This document shows positions 1-28,714 of a DNA stretch of 64,000 nucleotides, one piece after another. Position numbers and translations under genes: made by a program. The notes beneath the pieces are model-generated. The model was not told the origin of the DNA and searched no databases. It saw only the letters and a list, made by a program, of their open reading frames with translations. Each line of letters opens with the position of its first letter. Positions within the stretch are counted from its first letter, which is position 1. The DNA comes from an uncultured Acidobacteriota bacterium (GTDB lineage: Bacteria; Acidobacteriota; Thermoanaerobaculia; Multivoradales; UBA5704), in contig CAVYRF010000002.1 of assembly GCA_963770895.1 (NCBI GenBank), positions 5,600,001 through 5,664,000 of the forward strand. The letters are read 5' to 3'.

Positions 1-1
1 C

Positions 2-16018
<16,017 letters not shown>

Positions 16019-16022
<4 letters not shown>

Positions 16023-19000
16023 CCGTCGCGGCGCCGCGGCAGCGGGCGCCCGACCGCGACGACGACCTGCGGCCGGTCTGGGAGCTGGCGGAGCGGGTCG
16101 TCGGCGACTGGCAGCTGGAGCGGCCGGTGGTCAAGCTCCTGGAGCACAAGAAAAACGTCACCTTCAAGGTCGAGGAGACGGCCGGCGCGCGAAACCGCTA
16201 CGTCCTGCGCGTCTGCGACCCCGACGGCTACGGCGAGGCGGAGATCCGCTCCGAGCTGCGCTACCTGCTGGCCCTGCACCAGGCGACCGGCCTGGTGGTG
16301 CCCGAGCCGGTGCGCACGCGCGACGGAGCGCTGCTCGGGCGCGGCGAGCACGCCGGTCTGGCGCGGCCGCGCTGGTGCGCGCTCTTCCGCTGGGTGCCGG
16401 GGCGGATGGTCGAAGACACGCCGGCGCCGGCGCTGCTCGAACGGGTGGGGGAGATCTCGGCGCGGCTGCACGCCTTCTCCGGCGAATGGCTGCCGCCGGC
16501 CGATTTCCGCCGGCCGCGCTGGGACGCGGCGGGCCTTTTCGGCAGCGGCGATGCTGGCGGCGGCGCGGTGCTACCCGCCGGCCAGGGGGCGCCGCTGGTG
16601 GGCGATCGCGCGCGCGAGCTGGTGGAAGAGGGCGCCGCGGTGGTGCGGGCGGCGATGCGCGACCTGGGCGAAGGGCGGGACGTCTTCGGCCTGATCCATA
16701 AGGACCTGGAGCCCGACAACACGCTGGTCGACGGCGACCGCGTGCACGCCATCGACTTTGCCGACCTGGGCTGGGGGCACTTTCTGTACGACATCGCGGC
16801 GTCGCTTCTGCCGCTGCGCGAAAAGGCCGGCTTTGCCGCCATGCGCCAGGCGTTCCTGCGCGGCTACCGGCGCGTGCGCCCGCTCGCCGCCGAGCACGAA
16901 GCGCTTTTGGAAACCTTTCTGATCGCGCGCGGCATCTTTTCGCTGCGCCTGATGACCGGCCGGCTGTGGGACCTGCCGCAGATCCGCCTCTACGCCGAGA
17001 CGGCCGTGCCGCAGATCCTGGGCGGCATCCGCGTGTTCCTGGCGCGGCGCCGCGCCGAGGCGGCGGGGCGGCCGGCGACGGCGGCGGGCAGCACGCAGAC
17101 CACGGTGCAGTACCTTGCCGTGCTGCGCAGCCGCGGCGTCAAGCTGTGGGTCGAAGGCGACAGGCTGCGCTACAGCGCACCGCGTCAGGTGGCGACCGCC
17201 GAGCTGCTGGCCGAGCTCAAGGAACGCAAGCAGGAGCTGCTGGGCTTTCTGGCGCAAGGCCAGGCGGCCCGCCGCCTGGGGGCGCCGGTAGCGCTGGCGG
17301 CGGCGGGGCTGGAGCGCCCGCCGCTGTCGTTCGCCCAGCAGCGGCTCTGGTTCATCCACCAGCTGCTGCCGGCGAGCACGGAATACAACATCGCGCGCGC
17401 CGTGCGCCTGCGCGGCGCGGTGCGCGTCGGCGTGCTGGCGGCGAGCCTGCGGGAGATCGTGCGCCGCCACGCGGTGCTGCGCACCACCTTCGCCCTCCAC
17501 GATGGGCAGCCGGTGCAGGTGATCGCTGCCGCCGGGCGCGTGCCGCTGCCGCTGGTCGATCTGGGCGCCCTGCCGCTTGAGCGGCGCGAGCCCGCGGCGT
17601 GGGGGCTGGCGTTGGCCGACGCGGCGCGCCCCTTCGACCTGGCGCGCGGGCCGCTGCTGCGCGTCTGCCTGCTGCGCCTGTCGGCGACGGATTTCATCGC
17701 GCCCAGCACGATGCATCACGTGATCGGCGACGGCTGGTCGAGCGCCGTGCTGTTTCGCGAGCTGGGGGCGGTGTACGCGGCGGTGGCGCGCGGCGCGCCG
17801 TCGCCGCTGCCGGAGCTGCCGCTGCAGTACGCGGACTTCGCGGTGTGGCAGCGGCAGTGGCTGGCCGGCGACGTGCTTGCCGAACAGCTCGATTTCTGGC
17901 GGGGGCAGCTGGCAGGCGCGCCGCCGGTGCTCGCCCTGCCGGCGGACCGGCCGCACCCGCCGGTCGCCGCGGCCGCCGGCGCGCCCGGCGATCGCCGGGC
18001 GCTGCTCATCCCGCAGCCGCTGGCCGCGGCGCTCAAGACGTTCAGCCAGGCGCAGGGCGCGACGCTGTTCATGATCCTGCTGGCGGGATTCAAGACCCTG
18101 CTGTGCCGGATCTGCGGCCAGGACGACGTGGTGGTCGGCTCGCCGATCGCCAACCGCAATCGCACCGAGATCGAAGGGTTGATCGGTTTTTTTGCCAACA
18201 CCCTGGTGCTGCGCACCGTTTTTACAGGCGATCCCACCTTCCGTGAAGTGCTGGGCAGCGTGCGCCAGACGACGCTGGGTGCCTATGCCCACCAGGATCT
18301 GCCGTTCGAAAAGATCGTCGAAGAGCTGCGCCCCGAGCGCGACCTGACGCAGACGCCGCTGTTCCAGGTGATCTTCACCTTCCAGAACGTCCCGTATCCC
18401 GACATGGACGTGGCGGATTTCCACATGACGCTGATGCCGCCCACCGGCCGCGCCGCGATGTTCGATCTCACCTGCAACATGAAGGAGATGCCCGAGGGGG
18501 TGCGGACCTCCTTCATGTACCGGCAGGACCGTTTCGACGGCGCCACCGTCGAGCGCTTCGCCGGCTGGTATCTGCGGCTGCTCGAAACCGTCGCGGCCGA
18601 CCCCCACCAGCGCATCCGCGAGCTGCCCCTGCTGTCGGCGGCGGAGACCCACCAGCTGCTGCGGGAGTGGAACGACACCGCGGCCGAGCGCGGCGGGGCG
18701 GCAGATTGCTACGCGTGGATCGCGGCGCAGGCCGCCCGCACCCCCGACGCCGTGGCCGTGGCGGCGGAGCGCCGGCAGGTGACCTACGGCGAGCTGCTGG
18801 CGCAGGCCGAGCGCCTGGCGGCGCGCCTGCGCCGGCTGGGCGTCGGACCCGAGGTCCGGGTCGGCATCGTGGCCGAGCGCTCCGCCGCCATGGTGATCGG
18901 CATCGTCGGCGTCCTGGCGGCGGGAGGCGCCTACGTGCCGCTCGATCCCGATCAGCCGCGGCAGCGCCTGGCCTTCATGCTGGCCGACGCCGCGGCGCCG

Positions 19001-22000
19001 GTGCTGCTGATCGAGGAGCGGCTGCACGGCGTGCTGGCGCCGCCGGCGGGCATGGCGGTGGTAGAGCTGCAGGACGAAGGGGCGGACGCGCCGGCGGCCG
19101 GGTCCGCGCCGGCAGTTGGGGAGGCGGCGGCGGGGACGGCGGGGACGAAGGGGGCGGTCGACGCGGCGGGCGCCGCCTACGTGATCTATACCTCGGGCTC
19201 GACCGGCCGGCCGAAAGGGGCGGTCAATTCCGCCGGCGCCCTGGCCAACCGCATCCAATGGATGCAGGATCAGTACGGCCTCACCGCCGCCGACGCGGTG
19301 CTGCAGAAGACGCCGTTCGGCTTCGACGTCTCGGTGTGGGAATTCCTCTGGCCGCTCGCCACCGGCGCCCGCCTGGTGATGGCGCGGCCCGGCGGCCACC
19401 TGGACCCCGCCTACCTGCGCCGGCTGATCGTCGAGGAAGGGATCACCACCCTGCACTTCGTGCCGTCGATGCTGCAGGTCTTCCTGGCCCAGGACGGCCT
19501 CCTGGAGTGCCGCTCGCTGCGGCGGGTGATGGCGAGCGGCGAGGCCCTGCCCGCGGACCTGGCGTTGCGCTGCACCCGCTGGCTGCAACAGCTGGCAGCC
19601 GGCGAGCCCGCCGCGGCGCTGCACAACCTGTATGGCCCGACCGAGGCGGCGATCGACGTCACCAGCTGGCGGTGCGACGCCGACGCGGTGAGCGAGCCGG
19701 TGCCCATCGGCCGGCCGATCGCCAACCTGCGCCTGCGCGTGCTGGATCGCGAGCTGCGCCCGGTGGGCGTGGGCGTGGCGGGCGAGCTCTGCATCGGCGG
19801 CCAGGGCGTGGCGCGCGGCTATTGGGGCCGTCCCGAGCTGACGGCCGAGCGCTTCGTCCCCGATCCGCTGGCCGAAGACGCCCCCGGCGAGCGCCTGTAC
19901 CGCACCGGCGACCTCGCCCGCTGGCGCCACGGCGGCCAGGTCGAATACCTGGGGCGCATCGACTTCCAGGTCAAGGTGCGCGGCGTGCGCATCGAGCCGG
20001 GCGAGATCGAAGCCGCGCTCGCCGCGCACCCCGCCGTGCGGCAGGCGGCGGTGCTCGCCCGTCCGGCGGCAAGGGACGCGCCGCCGGGGCCGGCGTCTCC
20101 GGGGGCCGGTGAGGGGGCAGCCGCCGGTCCGCGGCTGGTTGCATACCTTGTGACCGGCGAGCCGGCGCCGGGTGCGGCGGAGCTGCGAGCGTTTCTGCGC
20201 CGCACGCTCCCCGAAGCCATGGTGCCGCAGGCGTTCGTCGCGCTGGCGGTCCTGCCGGTGGGGCCGAACGGCAAGCTGGACCGCAAGGCGCTGGCCGCGC
20301 TGCCGCTGGGTGAGGTGGACGGCGCGGTGGCGGCTCGAGGGCCGCGAAGCGCCGTGGAAGAGATTGTCGCCGATCTCTTCCGCGAGGTGCTGGGCCGCGA
20401 CCAGGTGGGCGTCGACGCCGGTTTCTTTGAAATGGGCGGCCACTCCCTCCTGGCGGTCCGCCTGGTGGCGCAGGTGCGCCGGGTCTTCGCCGTCGAGCTG
20501 CCGGTGCGAGCCGTGTTCGACGCGCCCACCGTCGCCACCCTGGCGGCGCGGATCGAGGCGGCGCTGCGCCAGGGCGCCCCGCCGTTGCCGCCGCTCGTGC
20601 CGCGCCGCCTGGCGGCGGCAGGCGCATCGCGGCCGCCGCAGCCTGCCGATACGTCGTGGCCATCGCAGCCCGCCGACTTGTCACTGCCGCGTCCGCCCAC
20701 CACGGCGCCGCTCTCGTTCGCCCAGGAGCGCCTGTGGTTCCTCGACCAGCTGGAGCCCGGCACCGCCCTGTACAACATGCCGGCGGCGCTGCGCCTGCGC
20801 GGCCCATGGCAGCCGGCGATTCTGCGTCGGGCGTTCGCGGAAGTGGTGCGCCGCCACGAGACCCTGCGCACCCGCTTCGTGCCTGGACCCCCTCCGGCGG
20901 CGGAGCTGATCGCGGGCGGCGTGATGCCGCTGCCGTGGATCGACCTGTCCGGCGTTCCGGCGGCATCCGCGACAGCCCGCGCCTGGCGCGAGCTGGAACG
21001 GCTGGCCGGTGAGGAGGCGCGGCAGCCGTTCGACCTGGCGCGCGGGCCGCGAGATCCGGCGAGTGCCGGCGGGCCACCGCGGCCGGCCGGCCTGTTGCGG
21101 GTACGGCTGGTGCGGCTGGCAGCCGACGACCAGGCGCTGCTTGTCACGGTGCATCACACTGTCGCGGACGGCCTGTCGCTGGGCGTGCTGGTGCGCGAAC
21201 TGGCTGCTCTGTACCAGGCCTTCGCGGCGGGGGCTCCGTCGCCGCTGCCCGAGCTGCCGATTCAGTACGGCGACTACGCGGCGTGGCAGCGGTCGTGGCT
21301 GGCCGGCGAAAGGCTGGAACGCGAGGTGGAGCAGTGGCGGGAGCGGCTGGCGGGAGCCCCGCCGCTGCTGGCGTTGCCGCTCGACCGGCAGCGGCCGGCG
21401 GTCGCCAGCCACAGGGGAGGGAGCGTGCCGGTGCGGCTGCGCCCTGCACTGCGCGCGGCGCTGGCGGCGCTGGCGAGCCGCCACGGCGCCACTGTTTTCA
21501 TGACCCTGCTTGCCGGCTTGCGCACGCTCCTGGCGCGGGCCGCCGGCGAGCGCGACGTCGTGGTCGGCACCGCCGTCGGCGGCCGCTCGCACGTCGAAAC
21601 CGAAGGCTTGATCGGCCTCTTCGTCAACACCCTGGTGTTGCGCACGGATTGCGGCGGCAACCCGGACGTCGCCGGCCTGTTGGCGCGGGAGCGGGAAACG
21701 ACCCTGTGGGCCTACGGCCATGCCGACCTGCCCTTCGAGAAGCTGGTCGAAGCCCTGGCGCCGCGGCGCAGCCTGGCCCATTCGCCGATCTTCCAGGTCA
21801 TGCTGGTCTTCCAACAAGACCCCTTGGGTGCCGGCGCCGTGGCCGTCGAGCCGCTGGGCGCAGGAACCCGGGCCGCCGGGTCGGTGGTCCCCGTTACCCG
21901 AGCCACAGGGTTCCCGACCGCCGAACCCGCGGCGGTTGCGTCGCTGACGGCCGAGGCCATGAGCGTTGGCGCGTCGCAGGGTGGCCTGGAGCACCTGGCG

Positions 22001-25000
22001 ATGCGGAGCGATTCCGCCAAGTTCGATCTCAGCCTGGCGCTGTCGCACGACCTGACGGGCACGCTGACGTTCGCGAGCGACCTGTTCGATCGCGCCACGG
22101 TGCTGCGGTGGAGCGAGAGCCTGGCGCTGCTGTTGGAAGGCATGGCGGCGGACCCCGGCGCCCCGGTGATGCAGCTGCCGGTCCTGGCCGCCGGGGAGCG
22201 CGCCCAGCTTATCCACCAGTGGAACGACACCGCCGTCGCCCTGCCGCCCTTGCTGTTGCACGACTTGGTCGCGGCCCAGGTGGCGCGCACCCCGGATGCG
22301 ATCGCCGCGGAGTTTGACGACCGCTGCATGAGCTACGCGGAGCTGGGCTTCCAGGCCGCCGGCCGAGCCCGGAGCCTGCGCGAGCTTGGAGTGGGCATCG
22401 ACACCCCGGTGGCGGTCGCCGCCGAGCGCGACCCTGACGTTGTGGTAGCCCTCTTGGCCGTGCTGACGGTTGGCGGCGTCTGCCTGCCCCTCGATCCAGC
22501 GCTGCCGGACCATCGCCTGCGCGAAATGACCACTGCCGCCGGCACCACTCTCCTCCTGGCGCAAGAGAGCCTTCGCGACCGATGCGAGCCTTTCTGTCCT
22601 CAGGTGCTTGCGCTCGACGGTCCGGTGAGAACGGAGAGAACCTCGGCCCGCGGCGACTGGGTTGCGAAGCCGGGTGGCGTCGATGGAGCGGCCCGCCAAA
22701 CGAACCGTGGAACCGCCGGCGTAGTGGCCGTGGACACGGGCCAGGTGGCCGCCGACGCAGGGGCTCGCGAAACGAGCCAGATGGCCGGCGATGCCGCGGC
22801 AAGCAAAACGGGTCAGGACGCCGCCGATGCAGCGGCTGGCAAAACGGCCCAGGTGGCCGCCGATGGGGCGACCGGCGAGACGGGCCAGGGCGCCGCTGAT
22901 ATGGGCGATACGGCGGCGCAGCGGACGCGCGTCACGGCCGACGGCGATGCGCTCGCTTACATCCTGTATACCTCGGGGTCGACCGGGCGGCCGAAGGGGG
23001 TGGGGCTTTCGCACCGCGCTTTGGTCAATCGGCTACTTTGGGCACAGGCGGAGTATCCGCTGCGCCCGGATGACCGGGTGCTGCAGATCGCCGGGTGCGG
23101 ATTTGACTTCGCGGTGTGGGAGACGTTTGCGCCGCTGATCGCCGGCGCCCGGCTGGTGTTGGCGCGGCCGGGCGGGCAGCAGGACCCCGCCTACCTGGTG
23201 GCGACCTTGCGCGAGCGCGGGATCACCATCGCCCACTTCATCCCGTCGATGCTGCAGCTGGTCCTGGACGAACCGGGGCTTTCCGCGTGCACTGGGTTGC
23301 GCCACCTGTTTTCGGGTGGCGAGGCGCTGCCGGCGGCGCTGCGGGACCGCACGCTGGCGGTGGTGCCTGGTGCCATCCTGTGGAACCAGTACGGCCCCAC
23401 CGAGGCGACGGTGGACGCCACCTTCCACCGCTGCGGCGGCGGTGGGCGAGTGGACGACCAGGGGGCGGGGCTGCCGGCGACCGCCGCGGCGGAATGCTGC
23501 GGCGTTGCATCGGACGCCTGGACGGTGCCGATCGGCGGGCCGGTTGCCAACACCCAGGTCCACCTGTTGGATGGCGGCCTGCGACCGGTGCCGATCGGCT
23601 GGCCGGGCGAGATCCATATCGGCGGCACGGCGTTGGCGCGAGGCTACCTGGGCCAGGCCGATTGGACCGCCGAGCGCTTTGTGCCCGATCCGTTTGCCGG
23701 CGAGCCCGGCGGCCGGCTCTATCGCAGCGGCGACCAGGCGCGGCGGCGCGCGGACGGCGCGATCGAATTTGTCGGCCGCGCCGATCGCCAGGTCAAGGTG
23801 CGCGGCTTCCGCGTGGAATTGGGCGAGGTGGAGGCAGCGCTGGCGGCGCTCGCCGGCGTGTGCGAGGCGGCGGTGGTGGCGCCGGGCGGCGAACGGCTGG
23901 TGGCGTGCGTGGTGGCGGAGGGGGCCACGGTGGGCGAACTGCGGCGGGCGCTGGCCCAACGGCTGCCGGCGGCGATGGTCCCGGCCGCTTTCGTGTTGCT
24001 GCCGTCGCTGCCCAGGACGCCCAACGGCAAGGTGGACCGCCGGGCGCTGGCGGCGCTGCTGGCCGATGCCCCGCCAACGCCGGGAGAGCCGGGGGCGCCG
24101 GCGGTGCCAGGGGACATCGCGCCGCGGTCGCCGGCGGAAGAGCTGCTGGCCGGTCTGTTCGGCCAGCTCCTGGGGCGCGCGGACGTCGGCGTCCAGGACG
24201 ACTTCTTCGAGCTGGGCGGCCACTCCCTGCTGGCGGTGCGCCTGGTGGCGCAGGTGCGCCACGTGTTCGGCGTGGAGCTGGGGGTGCGGTCGGTCTTCGA
24301 GGCGCCGACGGTCGCGGCGCTGGCCGTGCGCGTCGAGCAGGCGGCGCGGCTTGATCGTCCGGCACCGCCGCCGCTGGTCCGCGTGCCGCGCCCGGCGCCG
24401 CCGCCGCACGCCGGCGGGGCGCCGGCGCCCGCCGCCGCGACGGTCGTGCCGCTGTCGTTTGCGCAGGAGCGCCTCTGGTTTCTCGAGCAGCTGGAGCCCG
24501 GCACGGCGCAATACAACATCCCGGCGGCGCTGCGCCTGCGCGGCAGCGTGTCGCCGGCGGTCCTGGCGCGGGCCTTCACCGAGGTGGTGCGCCGGCACGA
24601 GGTGCTGCGGTCGCGCTTCGTGGCCACCGACCCGCCCGCGGCGGAGGTCGCCCCCGCCGCGGCGCTGCCGCTGCCGCTGATCGACCTGGGCGGGCTCGCC
24701 GCGGCGCCTTCCGCGGCCGGGCGCGAGCTGGCGCGGCTGGCGCGGGAAGAGGCGCGGCGGCCGTTCGACCTGGCGCGCGGCCCGCGAGCTGAGGCGAGTG
24801 CCGGCCGGCCACCGCGGCCGGCCGGCCGAGCTGAGGCGAGTGCCGGCGGGCCACCGCGGTCCGCCGGCCGAGCTGAGGCGAGTGCCGGCTGGCCACCGCG
24901 GCCGGAAGGCCTGCTGCGGGCGCGGCTGGTGCAGCTGGGGCCCGCCGACCGGGTGCTGCTGTGCACCTTGCACCACGCGGTGGCGGACGGCGCCTCGCTG

Positions 25001-28000
25001 GGTGTCCTGGTGCGCGAGGTGTCGGCGCTGTATGCCACGTTCGCCGCGGGGCTGCCGCCGGCGCTGGCCGAGCTGCCGGTCCAGTACGGCGACTACGCGG
25101 CGTGGCAGCGGTCGTGGCTGGCGGGGGAGCGGCTGGAGCGGGAGGTGGAGGGGTGGCGCGAGCGGCTCGCGGGGGCGCCGCCGGTCGTGGCGCTGCCGCT
25201 GGACCGCCAGCGGCCGGCGGTTGCGAGCCACCGCGGTGCGAGCCTGGCGGTGCGGCTGCGGCCCGAGCTGCGGCAGGCGCTGGCGGCGGCGGGGCGCCGC
25301 CACGGCGCGACCCTTTTCATGACGGTGCTGGCGGGCTTCCAGGCCTTGCTGGCGCGCTGCGGCGGCGAGCGCGACGTGGTTGTCGGGACGCCGGTCGCGG
25401 GGCGCTCGCACCTGGAGCTGGAGGGCCTCATCGGCCTGTTCGTCAATACGCTGGCGCTGCGCACCGACCTGACCGGCCAGCCCGGCGTGGGCCAGACGCT
25501 GGCGCGGGCGCGGGAGGCGGCGCTGTGGGCGTACGGACACGCCGAGCTGCCGTTCGAACGGCTGGTGGAGGCGCTGGCGCCGCAACGCAGCCTGGCGCAC
25601 GCGCCGCTGGTCCAGGCGATGCTGTCGCTGGAGGAGGAGCCGCCGGGCACGCTGCGGCTGGGGGACGTCCAGGCTACCGCCCTGCAGGTCCACTCGGCCA
25701 CGGCGAAGCTCGACCTGCTGCTGGCGCTGGGCGGCGACCTGACGGGCTCGATCGAATATGCCACCGACCTTTTCGACCGCGCCACCATCGAACGCTTCGT
25801 GCGCCACCTGGAGCGCCTGCTGGGCGGCGTCGCCGCGGATGCGCCCGGCCCCCTGGCGGAGCTGCCGCTGCTGGAGGAGGCCGAGCAGGCGCAGCTGCTG
25901 CGGGAGTGGAACGACACCGCGGCGCCGGCCGGCGAAGGCTGCCTGCATGAGATGTTCGCCGCGCAGGCGGCGCGCACTCCCGCGGCCGTTGCGGTGGCGG
26001 TGGCGGGCGGCGAGCGGCTGACCTATGCCGGGCTGGCGGCGCGGGTCGCGGCCCTGGCGGAGGTGCTGCGCGGCCACGGCGTCGGCCCCGAGGTGCGGGT
26101 GGGGGTCCTGCTGCCGCGCGACGCCGACCTGCTGGTGACCCTGCTGGCCGTGCTGCAGGCGGGGGGCGCCTACGTGGGGCTCGACCCGGCCTATCCGCGC
26201 CCGCGGCTGGCCTGGATGGTCCAGGACTCGGCGGCGGCGCTGGTGGTGACGCGCGGCGGCCTGGCCGCGTTGGTCGCAGGGAGCGGCGCTCCGGTGGTGC
26301 GGCTCGAAGCGCTGGCGGCGCTCGCAGGAGGCACAGGGAGCGCAGGGGTGGCGGCGCCGGCAGCGGCTGGAGCGGACGCCGCGGCGGTCGCCGGCGCGCC
26401 GCGCGCCGCCGTGCCGCAGAACCTGGCGTACCTGATCTATACCTCGGGCTCGACCGGCCGCCCCAAGGCGGTGGGGATCGAGCATCGCAGCGCGGTGGCG
26501 CTGGTGGCCTGGGCGCAGCGCACCTACGCCGCCGCGGAGCTGGCGAGCGTGGCTGCGACGACGTCGGTGTGCTTCGACCTGTCGGTGTTCGAGCTGTTCG
26601 TGCCGCTCGCGACCGGCGGCCGGGTGGTGCTGCTGGCCGACGCCCTGGCGTTGGCCGGGCTGCCGGCCGACGACGCGGTGACGGGGGTGACGCTGCTCAA
26701 CACCGTGCCTTCGGCGGTGGCGGCGCTGGTGCAGGCCGGGTCGCTGCCGCCGTCGGTGCGCACCGTCAACCTGGCGGGCGAGGCACTGTCGGGGAGCCTG
26801 GCGGATCGGCTGTACGGCGCGGCAGCGGTGGCGCGGGTGGTGAATCTTTACGGTCCGTCCGAGGACACCACGTATTCGACCTGCAAGGAGGTGGCGCGGC
26901 AGCGGCCGGGCGAGCCGACGATCGGCCGCCCGCTGGACAACCGGCACGCCCGCGTGCTGGATGCGGCGGGCCTGGCGGTGGCGCCGGGGATCGCCGGCGA
27001 GCTGTGCCTGGGCGGCCGCGGCCTGGCCCGCGGCTACCTGGGGCGCCCCGACCTGACGGCGGACCGCTTCGTCCCCGACGCCTGGGGCGGCGAGCCGGGG
27101 GCGCGCCTCTATCGCACCGGCGACCTGGCCCGCCACCGGCCGGACGGCGAGCTGGAATTCCTCGGCCGCCGCGATCACCAGGTGAAGGTGCGCGGCTTCC
27201 GCATCGAGCTGGGCGAGGTCGAGGCCGCCCTGGCCGCGCTGCCCGGCGTGCGCGAGGCGGCGGTGGTGGCGGCGCCGGAGAGCGATCGGCTGGTCGCCTA
27301 CGTGGTCACCGACCACACCGCCGGCGCGACGCCCACGGCGGCGGCCGCTGCCGGCGACCTGCGCCGGGCGCTGGCCGCCCGGTTGCCCGCGGCGCTGGTC
27401 CCGGCAGCCATCGCGTTTTCCGCGGCGCTGCCGCGCACGCCCAACGGCAAGGTCGACCGCAAAGCGCTGGCCGCCGCGGCGCCCGGTGCCGCAGCCGGCG
27501 GCGGCGGCCTGCCGCTGGCGCCGGCCGCGCCGCGCGACGAGCTGGAGCTGGCTCTGCACGGCGTCTGGGAAGAGGTGCTGGGCGCGCGCGGCGCGATCGG
27601 CATTCGCGACCACTTCTTCGACCTGGGCGGTCATTCGCTGCTGGCGGTGCGCCTGGTGGCGCGCGTGCGCCAGCGCCTGGGCGCCCAGATCAGCCTGGCC
27701 AGCCTGTTTGTCGACGGCACCGTCGAGCGCCAGGCGGCGCTGCTGCGGCAGGGCGGCGGCATGCCGGCGGGCGCCGCGGCGGCTGGGGCGCCGGCGCGCT
27801 CGCTGGTCCAGGTGCGGGCCGGCGGCGGGACGCCCCCCTTCGTCTGCGTCCACCCGGTCGGCGGGAGCGTGCTGTGCTACTTCGAGCTGGCGCGGCGGCT
27901 GGACGCGGCGACCCCATCCGGCCGCCCGTTCTGGGGCTTGCAGGCGCCGCCGGCGCCGCCCGCGTTGCAGCCGGCAGCGATATCGGTGGAGGAGATGGCG

Positions 28001-28714
28001 GACCGCTACCTGGCCGAGCTGCGCGCCGCGCAGCCGGACGGCCCCTACCTGCTCGGCGGCTGGTCGATGGGGGCGCTGGTCGCCTTCGAGATGGCGCGCC
28101 GCCTGCGCCAGGCCGGCCGGCCGGTGGCGGCGCTGGTGCTGCTCGACCCGCCGCCGGCGGCTCGCCCAAGCGGCGCGGCGGCGCCGGCGGAGCTGGAGCC
28201 GGCGCAGGCATCCATCGCGCTGCTTGCCAGCTTTGCGCGCGACCTGGCGGCGCTCGGCGGCCTGGAGGCGCCGGGTGTTGCGGCGGACCTGGAGCGGCCG
28301 GAGCAGCTCGCAGAGACGCTGCGCGCGGCGACCGATGCGGACGATGCCGTCCGGCGCCTGTGCGCCTGGGCGCGGCGCACCGGCGCCCTGCCCTCCTACG
28401 TCGGCGACGGCCTGGTGCGCGAGCTGTCGCAGGTGTTCCTGGCCAACCTGGCCGCCGCCCGCGCATACAGGCCCGCGGTCTACGACGGCGCCTGCGACCT
28501 GCTGCTCGCCGCCGGCACCGCCGATGCCAGCAGTGCCGGCAGTGCCAGCGGTGGCACCGGCGCCGCCGCCGATCTCTCGCGCGGCTGGGCGCGCTACGCC
28601 ACCGGCGGCGTGCGCATCACGGCGGTGCCGGGCGGTCACTACGGCCTGCTGCGCCAGCCGGATGCCGCCTGCTGGGCGGCGGCCCTGGCCCAGGCGCTTT
28701 CCACCAGCCTATGA
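16019..28714 (+). CDS. NRPS with N-terminal phosphotransferase: kinase-(TubC_N docking)-C-A(Ser)-T-C-A(X)-T-C-A(Ala)-T-TE
   Basis: GTG start overlaps the upstream stop (GTGA). Kinase motifs VLRV, LIHKDLEPDN, IDFAD. Docking GVKLWVEGDRLRYSAP. C motifs HHVIGDG, HHTVADG, HHAVADG; three GGHSL carriers; TE GWSMG. Manual codes DVWHMSLIDK, DFWHFGQVDK, DLFNNALTYK. Confidence 0.95.
20627..20707 (+). repeat. Degenerate 27-bp x3 in-frame tandem repeat in a T-C linker
   Basis: Encodes SRPPQPADT/SWPSQPADL/SLPRPPTTA; units start at 20627, 20654 and 20681. Confidence 0.6.
22736..22915 (+). repeat. Degenerate 36-bp x5 in-frame tandem repeat inside an A domain
   Basis: Units at 22736, 22772, 22808, 22844 and 22880 encode TGQVAADAGARE / TSQMAGDAAASK / TGQDAADAAAGK / TAQVAADGATGE / TGQGAADMGDTA. 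Confidence 0.75.
24785..24910 (+). repeat. Near-perfect 42-bp x3 in-frame tandem repeat inside a C domain
   Basis: The unit cgagctgaggcgagtgccggcNggccaccgcgg... occurs at 24785, 24827 and 24869, encoding RAEASAGxPPRxxG three times. Confidence 0.9.

Noticed and set aside
22736-24910. Tandem repeats as a possible CRISPR array
   Set aside because: There are no unique spacers, unit lengths are multiples of 3 inside a coding frame, and no cas genes are present.
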